Below, one piece after another: positions 38,331 through 48,900 of a DNA stretch of 64,000 nt; positions within the stretch are counted from its first letter, which is position 1; each line of letters begins with the position of its first letter. Source of the stretch: Acidimicrobiia bacterium UBA2766 (GTDB taxonomy: Bacteria > Actinomycetota > Acidimicrobiia > UBA2766). Position numbers and translations under genes: made by a program. Under the pieces are notes generated by a model. That model saw only the letters and a list, made by a program, of their open reading frames with translations, ran no database searches and was not told where the DNA came from. The stretch spans positions 67,656-131,655 of the forward strand of contig DEIU01000039.1 in NCBI GenBank assembly GCA_002352645.1. Direction: 5' to 3'.

Positions 38331-39067
38331 AGGGGGGAGTCGCCTTTTTCGGGTTTTTCGTTCTTGTGGTTGCTTTTGTGGTTGCTGTGTTGGGGGTTGG
38401 TGGTGTGTTTTTTCTCGGCGCGCAGGCTCTCCAGGCTATTGAGGTCGGCTGGGGTATCGATGTCGAAGGCGAGACCAGGGCGTTCCAGGGTGCGTACGGT
38501 CAGAGAAGCCGAGAGTGCTGCTTCTCGGTGTCGGGTGAAAGAACCTTGGCCAAAAGAGAGGGGAAAACCAAGCGGGAGGCTGGTGGCGAGAGCATTGGTC
38601 CCCTGGCCAGATTTGTCAGGGGCCAAATGCACTTGGTCTTCGTCGACTGCGAGCAGTTCTTCCACGTCTTCTGCAGTGAGAAGGGGAAGGTCTGCGAAGA
38701 GAATGCCGAGCACTGTTGCCCCGGTCACGTTCGCAATGCCAGAGGCCCAGTCGAGGCCCTGGTTTAACGTGTGTTGTGGGTTTGTTGCCTGGTGTGTGCC
38801 GATCGAGAGTGGCTCTTCGAGGACGGCAGCGCCAAGGTTGCGGGCGAAGCTCCAGATTTCTTTGTCGCGAGAGAGCACTGCAGTCGGGCCGACCTCCATT
38901 GCGGTCTGCACAACATGAGTGGCCATCTCGCGTACAAGCGTGAAGCGGGCATCGTCTGGCATATGCTCGCGCAGCCGTTCTTTGGCGCTGAGGAATCCCC
39001 GGAGTGGAATGACAATGAGCCTCACCCGGGAAAAGGCCTTGTCACTGGGCGGACTGTGAACTTGCAT
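38327..39067 (-). CDS. cofC: 2-phospho-L-lactate (or PEP) guanylyltransferase, F420 biosynthesis
   Basis: LIVIPLRGFLSAKERL, FADLPLLTAEDVEELL, DKSGQGTNAL, FGQGSFTRHRE and DIDTPADL match the CofC/FbiD motif series (compared from memory with M. tuberculosis FbiD). Adjacent to gpsA, as in mycobacteria. Confidence 0.85.
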   Translation of the reverse strand: MQVHSPPSDKAFSRVRLIVIPLRGFLSAKERLREHMPDDARFTLVREMATHVVQTAMEVGPTAVLSRDKEIWSFARNLGAAVLEEPLSIGTHQATNPQHTLNQGLDWASGIANVTGATVLGILFADLPLLTAEDVEELLAVDEDQVHLAPDKSGQGTNALATSLPLGFPLSFGQGSFTRHREAALSASLTVRTLERPGLAFDIDTPADLNSLESLRAEKKHTTNPQHSNHKSNHKNEKPEKGDSPL

Positions 39068-39171
39068 GAAGAAAGAATACGGCGAGATAGAATGCTGTAG
39101 CCAGATGAGTTGCTGTAGTGCAGACGAGGGAGCACTGCAGTTTCATGGCCTTTTACTGTTATTGTAGCCGG

Positions 39172-39978
39172 ATGCGCGACTGGTTGTACTTGGTTACAGA
39201 GGGGTTGTTAACTCCTGTAGTCAGATATCTTTTTCGTTTTGATGTAGAGGGTGTGGACCGTATCCCAAAAGACGGGCCCGTGCTCCTGGCCTCAAATCAT
39301 CTTTCTCCTTTTGATCCGATTGTGTATGGGAAAGTTGGTCTTAATCTAAAGCCCAAGCGATATCCCCGTTTTATGGCGAAGGCAGAACTTTTTCAAAAGC
39401 AGCCTTTGAGCTGGTGTCTGGGGAAAATGCATCAGATTCCTGTGTACCGAGGGCAGCGTTCGGTACGAGAGTCTATGGATGCTGCGCGTGCTGCCCTCAC
39501 AGAGGGAGAATTCGCGATTATCTTTCCTGAGGGCACGATTTCTCCACTTTTTGTGCCGATGAAGCCCCATAGTGGGGTCGGACGTTTGGCGCGGGATACG
39601 GGTGTTCCTGTTGTTCCTGCTGGTCTCTGGGGAACACAACGTGTGTGGCCGGGGTACCGGTCTCAGCGAGATTTTTCTCCCCGGCATCCTCTCACCATTA
39701 CCTTTGGCGCCCCTGTGCGCTATGCGTCAACGGACCGTCCTGCGGTTGTTGCACGCGACATCATGTCGCGTGTCGTGGAGTGTGTCGAGGTGTCACGCGA
39801 GCGCTACCCCAGGTCTGAGAATGAAGACCCGTGGTGGGAAGTCGAGAAGTGGCCCACAGCACGAGCGGGGCACTGGCGACCAAAAGCTATATCGGGAATG
39901 AAGGACGAGGAGGTGCTTGCTGCCGCCCATGAGGCGCTGTATGGAGAGATAGGTAGGAGTGCCCTCGAAGGGGAGTGA
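39172..39978 (+). CDS. plsC: 1-acyl-sn-glycerol-3-phosphate acyltransferase
   Basis: PVLLASNHLSPFDP (NHxxxxD box) and FPEGTIS motif. Start set at MRDWLYLV; the track ORF begins at 39118. Confidence 0.85.
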   Translation: MRDWLYLVTEGLLTPVVRYLFRFDVEGVDRIPKDGPVLLASNHLSPFDPIVYGKVGLNLKPKRYPRFMAKAELFQKQPLSWCLGKMHQIPVYRGQRSVRESMDAARAALTEGEFAIIFPEGTISPLFVPMKPHSGVGRLARDTGVPVVPAGLWGTQRVWPGYRSQRDFSPRHPLTITFGAPVRYASTDRPAVVARDIMSRVVECVEVSRERYPRSENEDPWWEVEKWPTARAGHWRPKAISGMKDEEVLAAAHEALYGEIGRSALEGE

Positions 39979-39982
39979 TCGG

Positions 39983-41008
39983 GTGTCCGGTGTATCGGAT
40001 CCTGTCGTTGCAGTGATTGGAGCGGGGTCATGGGGGACCACCGTTGCTGCGCTTGCTTGTGAGAAGGGCTTGCCCACCCGGTTGTGGGCACGCCGAGAAG
40101 AAGTCGCTGTACAAATTAATAAGGGATATTCTTCTCCTTATTTGCCAGGAGTGTTCTTACCATTTGGTCTTCGGGCTACGACTGATTTGTCGGAGACTTT
40201 GGAAAATGCCTCTATCGTGATTGTTGCGGTGCCTTCTCATGCATTCCGGGCAGTTACTTGCGAAATGGCGGGAATCGCCGATCCGGATGCGGTGTATCTG
40301 TCGCTGGCGAAGGGCATCGAACAAGGGTCTCTGCTTCGGATGTCGGAAATTTTGCGAGAGACTCTTCCTGGTGTACAGGTAGAACGTGTGGGGGCTTTAT
40401 CCGGCCCTAATCTGGCTCTGGAAATTGCACGCCGTCAGCCTGCGACAACTGTGATTGCAATACCGGATCCAGAGATCGCTGATCTGTTGCAGCGTATGTT
40501 CATATCGCCGACTTTCCGTGTCTACACCAATCCCGACCTTGTGGGAGTAGAGCTGGGTGGTGCCATCAAAAACGTGATGGCGATTGCTGTGGGAGTCGCG
40601 GACGGTGTTGGTGTGGGAGACAACGCCAAAGCTGCCTTGGTGACGCGGGGTCTTGCTGAACTGACCCGCCTGGGCGTGAAACTTGGGGGTCACCCCATGA
40701 CTTTTGCGGGTCTTGCCGGGGTAGGAGACCTTATCGCAACTTGCATGAGTCCATATTCGCGGAACCGGCACTTGGGAGAAGAGCTTGGCAAGGGACGTTC
40801 GCTTGCCGAGGTTTTGGATGAGATGAAGATGGTGGCCGAAGGCGTCTCTTCCACGCGGGCGATTTGCGATTTGGCGATGCGCGCCGAAGTCGAAATGCCG
40901 ATTGCCGAGCAAGTCGCCAAACTTTTGTATGAAGGAGAAAATCCTATAGATATGGCGATGTCTTTGCTGACGCGGGAAGCAAAGTCTGAGATTGATGGGT
41001 ACAGGTGA
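39983..41008 (+). CDS. gpsA: NAD(P)H-dependent glycerol-3-phosphate dehydrogenase
   Basis: VAVIGAGSWGTTVA, GGAIKNVMAIAVGVADG and GDLIATC motifs. GTG start 5 nt after the plsC stop, with AAGGGGA RBS. Confidence 0.93.
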   Translation: MSGVSDPVVAVIGAGSWGTTVAALACEKGLPTRLWARREEVAVQINKGYSSPYLPGVFLPFGLRATTDLSETLENASIVIVAVPSHAFRAVTCEMAGIADPDAVYLSLAKGIEQGSLLRMSEILRETLPGVQVERVGALSGPNLALEIARRQPATTVIAIPDPEIADLLQRMFISPTFRVYTNPDLVGVELGGAIKNVMAIAVGVADGVGVGDNAKAALVTRGLAELTRLGVKLGGHPMTFAGLAGVGDLIATCMSPYSRNRHLGEELGKGRSLAEVLDEMKMVAEGVSSTRAICDLAMRAEVEMPIAEQVAKLLYEGENPIDMAMSLLTREAKSEIDGYR

Positions 41009-43394
41009 TTTTGTGGAAAAACGTGAGAGGCGTTCCGCCTGGGGCGCGCCGCAGGGATTACGCAAGCGTGCCCGTTTTTTCGCACGCGCTCACGCTCCTG
41101 CGCCCCCCTCGACCGCTTGGGATCTGCTCCCGCTAGCCGGTGCCGGCGACCTGGGAACAATTCCTGTGACCGCGGGATTATCGCGAGAAGAACAAGCCCT
41201 GTCCTGTCGCACAGCAGCAGGAGTCCATGCGGCTTCTGGCTGGATTTGGCCAGGCTGGATTGAAGAGAGCCTGAACCCCGCATCGCACGCTTTCCACTTG
41301 CTTTCTCCCGCGACCGGTCTTGTGAATACCAGCAAACGAAATCACACGGGAGTCGGAACTTTGCTGGAAGGGCCTGCTGTCCGTCTGAATGCGGACGGTC
41401 TGGTGCAAAGCCCCTGGGGCCCCTCGCTTGATTGGTGGGTGCGCGGACCCACCGGATGGATGTATCCGAGCCAGTGCACGACGCGCCAAGAAATACTTGC
41501 AGGCACTCCAGTTGTGCGCACTTCTCTTTCTGTGGGGACGGAAGGCTCTCTTGTCCACACTGTGTTCGGCATGGCCGGCACCCCGGATTGCGTGATTGTG
41601 CAAGTGCAGAACGAGACAGATGCCCCGGTTGCGTTGGCCTTTGTGGTTCGTCCGTACAGCTTGGAGGGGCTGGTTGAGCTGGGTTCCCTCTCCTTTGACG
41701 GGGCGACTGTGCAAGCTGACGGGCAGGACCTGCTCTGTCTTGCGGGGACTTTCCCGCATTCTGTGCACACTGCCTCTTCGGCAACGGGCGATGTCTGCCG
41801 GCAGCTTGAAGAAGTCCCGCCCACTGCTGCGCTCGGCCCGATATCGGTTGCTGACCCGCACGGGCTTGCCACCATGGCGCTGGTTTTTCTGATAGAGCAT
41901 GGTGCGCGTGTGAGCGTGTTGCTTCCGCTTGGCTCGCGTGATTTCGGGTCTGCGTCCGGTGCACCGGGCGAGTCCGGCGGGTCCGATGGGTCCGGCACGT
42001 CCGGTGTATCCGGTGCGTATGCGCATTTGGCTGAACGCTTGGTTCCTCCTGAGAGTGTGGTGCGAGGTTGGAAAAACCAGACACAACATGCAGTGACAGG
42101 GCATTTTCCTGACGGGCGGGCCACCGCTGCTTTTCGCGCTGCCCCGAGCTTTTTACTCCTGCACGGAGGAGGAGGGGACGATTCACCGCCCCTATCCGAC
42201 CCGTGCCGTCCTGTTCGGCCGGGAAGACCGCTCTGGGAGGAATCTCTGCGTGTGCAGGCGGCACTCAGCTTGGGCCTTGGTTCCCATGCCAAGGAGAGAA
42301 CTGCACGCCTGCGTGCACTGCAACGCTTGGACGGGTCTTTTCTGGACCAGACGGCCGAGCCTGCCGGCCGAGTTGCGGGAATTGCCGCCACGGTAAGTGC
42401 GATTGTCGGGCACTGGAAGTACACGCGTGATCCGCTAGAGGAGGAAGAAGAAGCGCTTGTTGTCTACAACGCGGTGCAGTGGTTATTGCGTGTACGGGGA
42501 GGAAACGCGAAGACAGGAGAACGGAAACGCCAACGGTTATCCTCTTTTGGCACGGAAACGATTGGGCTTCTGCTCCGGGCGTTTCAGGACACGTCTTTTT
42601 TTGGGGAAAAAATTGGCGATAAAGAGCTTCTTGCTGCAGGTGACGCTGGTGTAGAGCTTCTTGCCCCTGTGTTGGAGGAACGGCTTGCAATTGCGGCAGG
42701 CTGCGCCTGGACCGGTACCGGAAAGACGATACAAGGGCAACAGGCCTGGCTTGCTGCAGTGCGTGCATGCTGGCCACATCGGGTTCTGCCTGCAACGCAT
42801 CCTGGAATTGCGACTCTGCTGGGCCCGCTCGAAGAGAATTGGCAGGCGGCGCGGCCCTTGCGGATACTTGACGCGAGGGCAGGGTTTTTTCCCCGGGTCA
42901 TTTTCGGGCTTGCCGGAACGCTTGTCGCAAAGGCTGATCCGCGGGGCTGGGCGCTGTTTGCTGCGCTTTTGCCTGCGGTCACGAGTACCGGCCGCATGCC
43001 GAGTCTTATAAATCCCCGTACTTTTGGTGGTGGGGGAGGACGCGGAGAAGACCTGCCGACCGTGGCCGAGATGGCCTTGTTGCTACGAGATTTTTTTGTG
43101 CGAGACGAAGCAGACGCGCTTGAACTGTTTCCCATCTTGCCTTCCTCGTGGAATGAAAGCGAGCTTGGACTGCGCGGCCTTCCCACCCCGTATGGGTCAC
43201 TTGATGTGTGTCTCTCTTGCGAAGAAAAGACCTCAGCCCTGGCCTGGCGGGGATTATGGGGTACGCAAAAGCCTGAGATTTTTTCTCGTGCTGTGCGCCC
43301 GGGCTGGCGGACCCGGGATGAAGCCGGGACAGTCACGAGGGTGTGGGACGATGACACGATCGTCTCGGAAAGCGCGGACAGTGCAGACGTCTGA
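40992..43394 (+). CDS. large hypothetical protein (about 800 aa), possibly glycoside-hydrolase-like (alpha/alpha)6 fold in the C-terminal half
   Basis: Long ORF with sensible composition; long antisense ORFs were rejected. Contains a Gly/Ser-rich linker (GSASGAPGESGGSDGSGTSGVSG). No diagnostic catalytic motif recognised. Occupies the position where ddl follows gpsA in mycobacteria. Start uncertain (overlaps the gpsA 3' end). Confidence 0.55.
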   Translation: MMGTGDFVEKRERRSAWGAPQGLRKRARFFARAHAPAPPSTAWDLLPLAGAGDLGTIPVTAGLSREEQALSCRTAAGVHAASGWIWPGWIEESLNPASHAFHLLSPATGLVNTSKRNHTGVGTLLEGPAVRLNADGLVQSPWGPSLDWWVRGPTGWMYPSQCTTRQEILAGTPVVRTSLSVGTEGSLVHTVFGMAGTPDCVIVQVQNETDAPVALAFVVRPYSLEGLVELGSLSFDGATVQADGQDLLCLAGTFPHSVHTASSATGDVCRQLEEVPPTAALGPISVADPHGLATMALVFLIEHGARVSVLLPLGSRDFGSASGAPGESGGSDGSGTSGVSGAYAHLAERLVPPESVVRGWKNQTQHAVTGHFPDGRATAAFRAAPSFLLLHGGGGDDSPPLSDPCRPVRPGRPLWEESLRVQAALSLGLGSHAKERTARLRALQRLDGSFLDQTAEPAGRVAGIAATVSAIVGHWKYTRDPLEEEEEALVVYNAVQWLLRVRGGNAKTGERKRQRLSSFGTETIGLLLRAFQDTSFFGEKIGDKELLAAGDAGVELLAPVLEERLAIAAGCAWTGTGKTIQGQQAWLAAVRACWPHRVLPATHPGIATLLGPLEENWQAARPLRILDARAGFFPRVIFGLAGTLVAKADPRGWALFAALLPAVTSTGRMPSLINPRTFGGGGGRGEDLPTVAEMALLLRDFFVRDEADALELFPILPSSWNESELGLRGLPTPYGSLDVCLSCEEKTSALAWRGLWGTQKPEIFSRAVRPGWRTRDEAGTVTRVWDDDTIVSESADSADV

Positions 43395-43635
43395 GCTGTC
43401 CTGAAGTGTGACGCAGGCGTCTGGGACGCCCTGAAGTGGGGCAGACGCTGCGCACAGCGTACAGGCAAAAGTGCGGGCAGGTGAAAAATGTGCCGACATC
43501 CCCTTCTCGGGGATATGGCTGGGGAAGGCGCTTCCAGGACAAGGCCCTCGTAACAGGAGCACTTCCACGAGGAGGCGTTCCCAGGACAAGGCTGTGCCAC
43601 AGCACGGTGAGAGGGAACGCTCCCGCGGAGTTTTC

Positions 43636-44685
43636 TTAAAATCCCCGTATTTTTTGTTGGGTGACGGTACTTGTTCCGGCTTGGAGAAGCTGCGAGCGTA
43701 CTTCGAGCAGCGACTCCATTTGCGGTCCAGTATTTCTACTGCCGATATGCAGGACAATATGGCGTGTTCCAGCTTCCACATATTGGGAGAGCCAGTCGGC
43801 GCATGCATTCACTCCACCGGAAAAACAGGCATGATGTTCTTGGAGAATGTCTGTGCCGATAAAACAGATGGAACGGATGAAATCATCGAGATGTGTACGG
43901 GCACGCTGCGTGTTCTCATCTATATGGACAGTGGCGTAGAAAGCAGGTGTGGGGCAACGAGGGCGTCCTGTAGTGAGCGCTGCTTCTTGTACGTCCTGCA
44001 GGCGCCGCGTATATGCCTCGGGAGAAGGGGAGTTGTGGAACCATCCGTCATAATGACTTCCAATATGACGAAGCACTGATTGGCTTTGGCCTTCCATCCA
44101 CACGGGAGGTCCCGAATAATCGGAACAGGTGTCAGGCAGGGAAAGCGAGGAAGCGGCAAGCCTGTGACAGCTTGCACTCTGTGTGGGGGCAGGGAAAATT
44201 TCTTTGCCTGTGTGGAGTTTTTCCCATAAACGCTTTGCGAGGTCCACAGTAGCTGCCATACGTCGAAAACGATTCTCGAGCGTGATGTCGTTCGTGATCA
44301 GAACTTTTTCCCGACTGATTCCTCCGCCGATTCCCAAGATAAAACGGCCTTTTGCCATGCCGTGCAAGGACGAGACGGTCTGTGCGAAAGACACGGGGTT
44401 GCGGAGGGCCGGAAAAAGAAGAACCGTGCCGAGCAGAATTGTTTGTGTTAAGGCGGCGGCACCTGCAAGCAGAACAACCGGGTCAAAGGGCAGACGGTGC
44501 AGGAAGGAGTCGCCTATCCAGAGTGAGTCGAAGCCCTGTTTTTCTGTCATTTCGGCAAAGCGCAACAGAGAATGAAGGTCGATGTCCTCGCTCGGGTTTG
44601 CTGTCGCGGTGGGAAAAAGTACACCAACGGAAACGTTTTGTTCTCTTGTCGCCTGTGGGTGGGTATCTCTCAAGGTGCTGTCCAA
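43636..44685 (-). CDS. LLM-class F420/flavin-dependent oxidoreductase (paralog 2)
   Basis: 349 aa. Luciferase-like monooxygenase fold features (FDSLWIGDSFL, GRFILGIGGG). Confidence 0.85.
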   Translation of the reverse strand: MDSTLRDTHPQATREQNVSVGVLFPTATANPSEDIDLHSLLRFAEMTEKQGFDSLWIGDSFLHRLPFDPVVLLAGAAALTQTILLGTVLLFPALRNPVSFAQTVSSLHGMAKGRFILGIGGGISREKVLITNDITLENRFRRMAATVDLAKRLWEKLHTGKEIFPAPTQSASCHRLAASSLSLPDTCSDYSGPPVWMEGQSQSVLRHIGSHYDGWFHNSPSPEAYTRRLQDVQEAALTTGRPRCPTPAFYATVHIDENTQRARTHLDDFIRSICFIGTDILQEHHACFSGGVNACADWLSQYVEAGTRHIVLHIGSRNTGPQMESLLEVRSQLLQAGTSTVTQQKIRGF

Positions 44686-45117
44686 AGGTGACGGCCGATT
44701 GAGATCAGGCGAATGAGGAGTAGCGCAAGGCCTCTTTCCTGGGAACTGTTCTTATGACAGATCACAGAAAAGCTGGGCCTTTTGGATTGTGTGTGTGGCG
44801 AATGATCCGTGGTCATAGGCGGGAACGGGGACTCCGGTGTAGACGACACGGTACTGAAACAGCTGGTCTGCCGCCTGTTTTAGAGTGTGGCAAGTGATTG
44901 TCTCAGCTTTTTCGACTGTGCTTTCTGAGAGTAGTTCTCGTCTCTCCGATCGTCTATTTCTTTGGCGTATTTTTTCCACTTATTTGTGTGGAATTGCGTG
45001 AGAATTCATGCAATATCTTTGGGTGTTCCCTGTTTCTGCCGAAAAAATACGCAAGCAAAGTGTGAAATCTTGCCGTGGCGCCTGTTTGAGATGGTTGTTT
45101 TGGGTTTTACAGGCTCG

Positions 45118-45816
45118 TTAGAGTGATGCCAGCGCGCCTGTGACCTCTTTCAGAGGAAGTGGCCCGAACCAGCGTTTTCTTTCCATTCCGTCTGCATCGA
45201 GCAGGATCGCAGCAGGTTGTGCGGGGATCCGCAGGCTTCCCCAAGACTCTTGCGACTCGTCGAAAAGCATGCGAAAAGACAAGTCATGCTTTTCGACAAA
45301 GCCTTGGCCTGCATTTACCTTGTCCCGCGCGCCAAGACCGATGATCGTGAGGTCGTCGCTGTGTTCTTCTGACAGTTTTTTTATGCCAGGCGCTTCTTCT
45401 GCACAAACATGGCACCAAGGCGCCCAGAACCAGATCAGGGTGGGTTTGTCGACGGTGAGCGACGCGAGGTCGACTTTGCTCTCGTCAGCGAGATCTGTGA
45501 CGGTGACTTCCGGGAAAGTAAAAGATATTGGCTTTGTCCTGTGTTCCATGTCTGTCGTGGTCTTTTCGGAAGAATCCTGGCTATTGCTGGAGCTATCCGA
45601 CTGAGACGCACTTCCCGTGTCATCTGTATCGCTGCATGCGCTTATGCCGAGTACAACGAGAAAGGCCAGTGTGATTGCCCAAAAGCCGAAAGGCTTTTGC
45701 TGCGATTGGAGATACTTGGGATACCTGCTATTTCTCAAGATATGTGATATTTGCCGCAAAATAATGTTCCATTCTCTATCGGATGGGCGACATGAAGCGC
45801 GAGATATCTGACGCAT
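45118..45816 (-). CDS. TlpA/ResA-like thiol-disulfide oxidoreductase lipoprotein (thioredoxin fold)
   Basis: Signal peptide with lipobox LGISAC, thioredoxin CxxC motif WAPWCHVC. Start uncertain. Confidence 0.75.
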   Translation of the reverse strand: MRQISRASCRPSDREWNIILRQISHILRNSRYPKYLQSQQKPFGFWAITLAFLVVLGISACSDTDDTGSASQSDSSSNSQDSSEKTTTDMEHRTKPISFTFPEVTVTDLADESKVDLASLTVDKPTLIWFWAPWCHVCAEEAPGIKKLSEEHSDDLTIIGLGARDKVNAGQGFVEKHDLSFRMLFDESQESWGSLRIPAQPAAILLDADGMERKRWFGPLPLKEVTGALASL

Positions 45817-45967
45817 TGATTGCCCCTGCGAAGGAAACCCGCTAGGGGTCTTTGTTTTTTCTTCTTTTCTCGTCTTATGGACTGTTCTGCTCGAAAGTTT
45901 TTTGCCAAAAGACGAGAAAGATGGCAGCGGGCTGGATGGCAGCGGGCTGGAGCAGCGGCGGAAGGGG

Positions 45968-48900
45968 TTACCAGAAGCGGGCGGTCAGGATCTCCCAGGG
46001 ATGCAGGATGAGGGTTTTTTCGCTTGAGGTTCCTCTGCTCCCTCTCGGTGTTGGAACAAACTGGCCGCGTAAGTCCACTTTTGCAGGGGAGGGGGCGACG
46101 CTGTTGGCCGCTGCAGTACCGGTGTCGAGCTGGGCATGAAAGATGAGGTCGGTCTGGGAAAAGGACGTGACGCGCAGATCCAGAGTATTTTGCGTGCGCG
46201 TGAAGGTGCTGAGAGTGAAAAGCCCGGTTTTGTCGACCGTTTCATCGCCTGTTTTTTCGCTGGTTTCGAGGAAGAGAGGCGTGCCGGTTGGGGGCAGAGG
46301 ATCAGCCGGCGGTGTGTTTGTTGCGGGTTTCGCTTGGGTGCAAAAGGGGTGAGAGAAGGCATCGGCCGCGACGGGAATCCGCGCTTCTCGCCAATCTCCT
46401 CTGTGGAGGCGGAGCCCGCAACGGAAGTGCTGTGGGCCCTGGCTTTGGGCATGTTCGACGGCAAGGTTTGGGCCTGCTGGGTTTGGGCGCAGTGTCGGAG
46501 CAGGTCGTGCGAGGAAACCCGTTGCCCGCACCAGGGTGATGGCCAAATCCTGGCCTTCGTTCACTACTTCATACTCGGTAATTTGGTTGAGGAGGACTGC
46601 GAGCCCTGTGGTGTCAGGCTTTGCAGGTGCGGCAAGATCCGTGGCTGGAGCAGACAAAGCGCTCGTGTCTGCATCAGAGTTGGGACTGGAGAGCATGTTT
46701 TCTGTTGATGCTGTGTCCGGGTTTTTCTGGGCGGAGGAGGCAGAGGCGGGCGATGCTTTTTCTTGTGTTCGTTGCCCTGCGCAGTCGATGAAATCGCGTG
46801 CCGGCCAAGTGGATAAAGGAGCTTCTTGGCTGCTGCCTTCGGTTTCGAGAGGACGGCTCACGACTCCATAGGTTGTTCCTGCCCAGGAGCAGTCGACTGG
46901 GTTTGGCAGGGAAAAGAGCATCCGTAAGCGGTGGTCGCGCACAGTGTTCGAAAAGTCAATGGCGAGCGAAACTGTGCTTGTGCCGGCGGTCACTGTGACG
47001 AAAGTTGTGAGGGTGAACGAGACTGTCGTTTTCGAACGGGCAGTTTCATTTGCAGTAAGCCGGGCAGGAAGCTCGAACCGTCGTTGAATACGCAGGGTGG
47101 CGCGCAGGGCAGTGACATCCACCGTGTCGATGCGAACTTCTCGTGGCCGAGACACAGTTCTGTCTTGTGCAGGCGGTGAATAGTTGTAGGTGTCCCCGGC
47201 GTCGCCCCCGTCTTCTATGCGTCCCATTCCTTTGACGTGGGTGCCGTCTGCTCCGATAAGAGAGAATGTGCCGTCAGCAGGGTTGGTTTCTACTCGTATC
47301 AGGCCATTGTCGAGAACGGTGCCTTTTTTGCTGACAGAAACAGGCGCAAATGGCAAGGGAACAATCGAGGCTTCACTTGTGGGAACTGGGGTGAGGCAGA
47401 CCCATCCGAGGGGAGGGATCTCTGGTGCACGGAACTGTACCGTTGCGACTGCTGGTTGCACTGCGGTCACCTGTAGGCAGCAACCGGGTTGAGCCGCCAG
47501 GGCTAAAATGTGTTCTTCTACCGCGCCCATGTCAAGATGGCCGCGCATGACTGGTGCGGTGCCAAGCACAATGCGCGCGTTGACCCAATGGGTTGCGGGG
47601 TTTTCCTGCGATGCTTCGGTTTTCGAAGAGGCTGAAGCTGCGCTTGGAAAATCGAGAGCAACAGTGTCCGCGCTTGTTGTTTGAGAAAGGGCAGAAGCCG
47701 CGTCTTCTCCTGTTTTCGGGATTGTCTTGTGTGTTGTTTTCCCGGAACTTTTTTCTGGGCTGTGCGGGCCTTTTTTCCAGACTTTTCGTCGCCCTGGTCG
47801 CTGTGCTTTTCCTGAGGCTTCTGGCCCCACTGCTGGTTGTTCTGTTTGTGCTTGGCCTGTCGGAGGTGTGCCGGCAGGAGGTGGCGTGTCGGGAAAGACC
47901 GCAACAGTGTTGATCCAGAGGCTTGGTTGGTTTTTTCCGGGATTGGTGCGAAGGCCGGCAGAAATGCTGTGCAGGTCACGCCGGCGGATCAGCTCCAAGA
48001 GATCACCGGCTTGTTCTCCCGGCCATATTTCGTCGAAGACGATAGGCGCGGACCGTGCTGTTTCCTGGCAGGGAATGCGCGTTCCATCAGGGGTTTCGAG
48101 CGTGTAGCCGGGGAGAATATCGCCGATGGGAAGTTCGGTTTCCACAAAACTACTGCGCTGTCGTAATGAGGGGTTCCAGACCATGATGCTATGGCGCCGG
48201 TAGGGTTCGGGGTCGGGAAGGTTGCCGGTTGTGTCTTCGCCGGCATGTGGCGGGATTTGCGCGCAGGTCCAGGCTGGAGGGGGAAGAGTCATGTGCCGGG
48301 GGTCATGCGCGCGGGCGGTGAGCTTCTCGATCGCTTCGTCAAAAAGCCCCTGGGCGATGATTTTTGCTTCGCGATATCGCAGCTCTACCCCGGACATGGT
48401 CTCGTCGCTTGAACAAGCGCAAATCGAGTCGTGCGCGGAATTCAGAATGAGGCGTTCCCATGCGGCTTCGAGCAGAGGTTGGGAAAGAGTGTGGCCTGTC
48501 ACGATGGAGAGGGGTTCGCAATAGCGTTCCAGCAGATGTTCTGTTTCGCTTTGCAGGCGTTTGAGGTCGGTTCGTGTGGAGGTGACTCCCATAAGGACGT
48601 TTGCCCGCCAACCGCTGCGCATCTCCCCTTGGCAGATGGGCAGTGGGGTGTGCGCGAGGACGCCGTCTGCTGCGTCGAAAAAACGTTCGAGGCTGGAGAA
48701 CTCGAATCGCAGTGGGTTTTTGTGTGCTTCTGCGACCTTATTTGCCATGGCCATGTTTGTGTCGAGACCGGTTTGGGGAGGCCAGTGGTCGGTGCCGTTC
48801 ATGATGAGCAGATGACCGGGCGGGGAGAATTCTGCTTGTTCTTGCCAGAGCTCGCGTCCGCGCGCGTATAGACGATCAGCGTCGCTTGGGAGTTCCGCCC

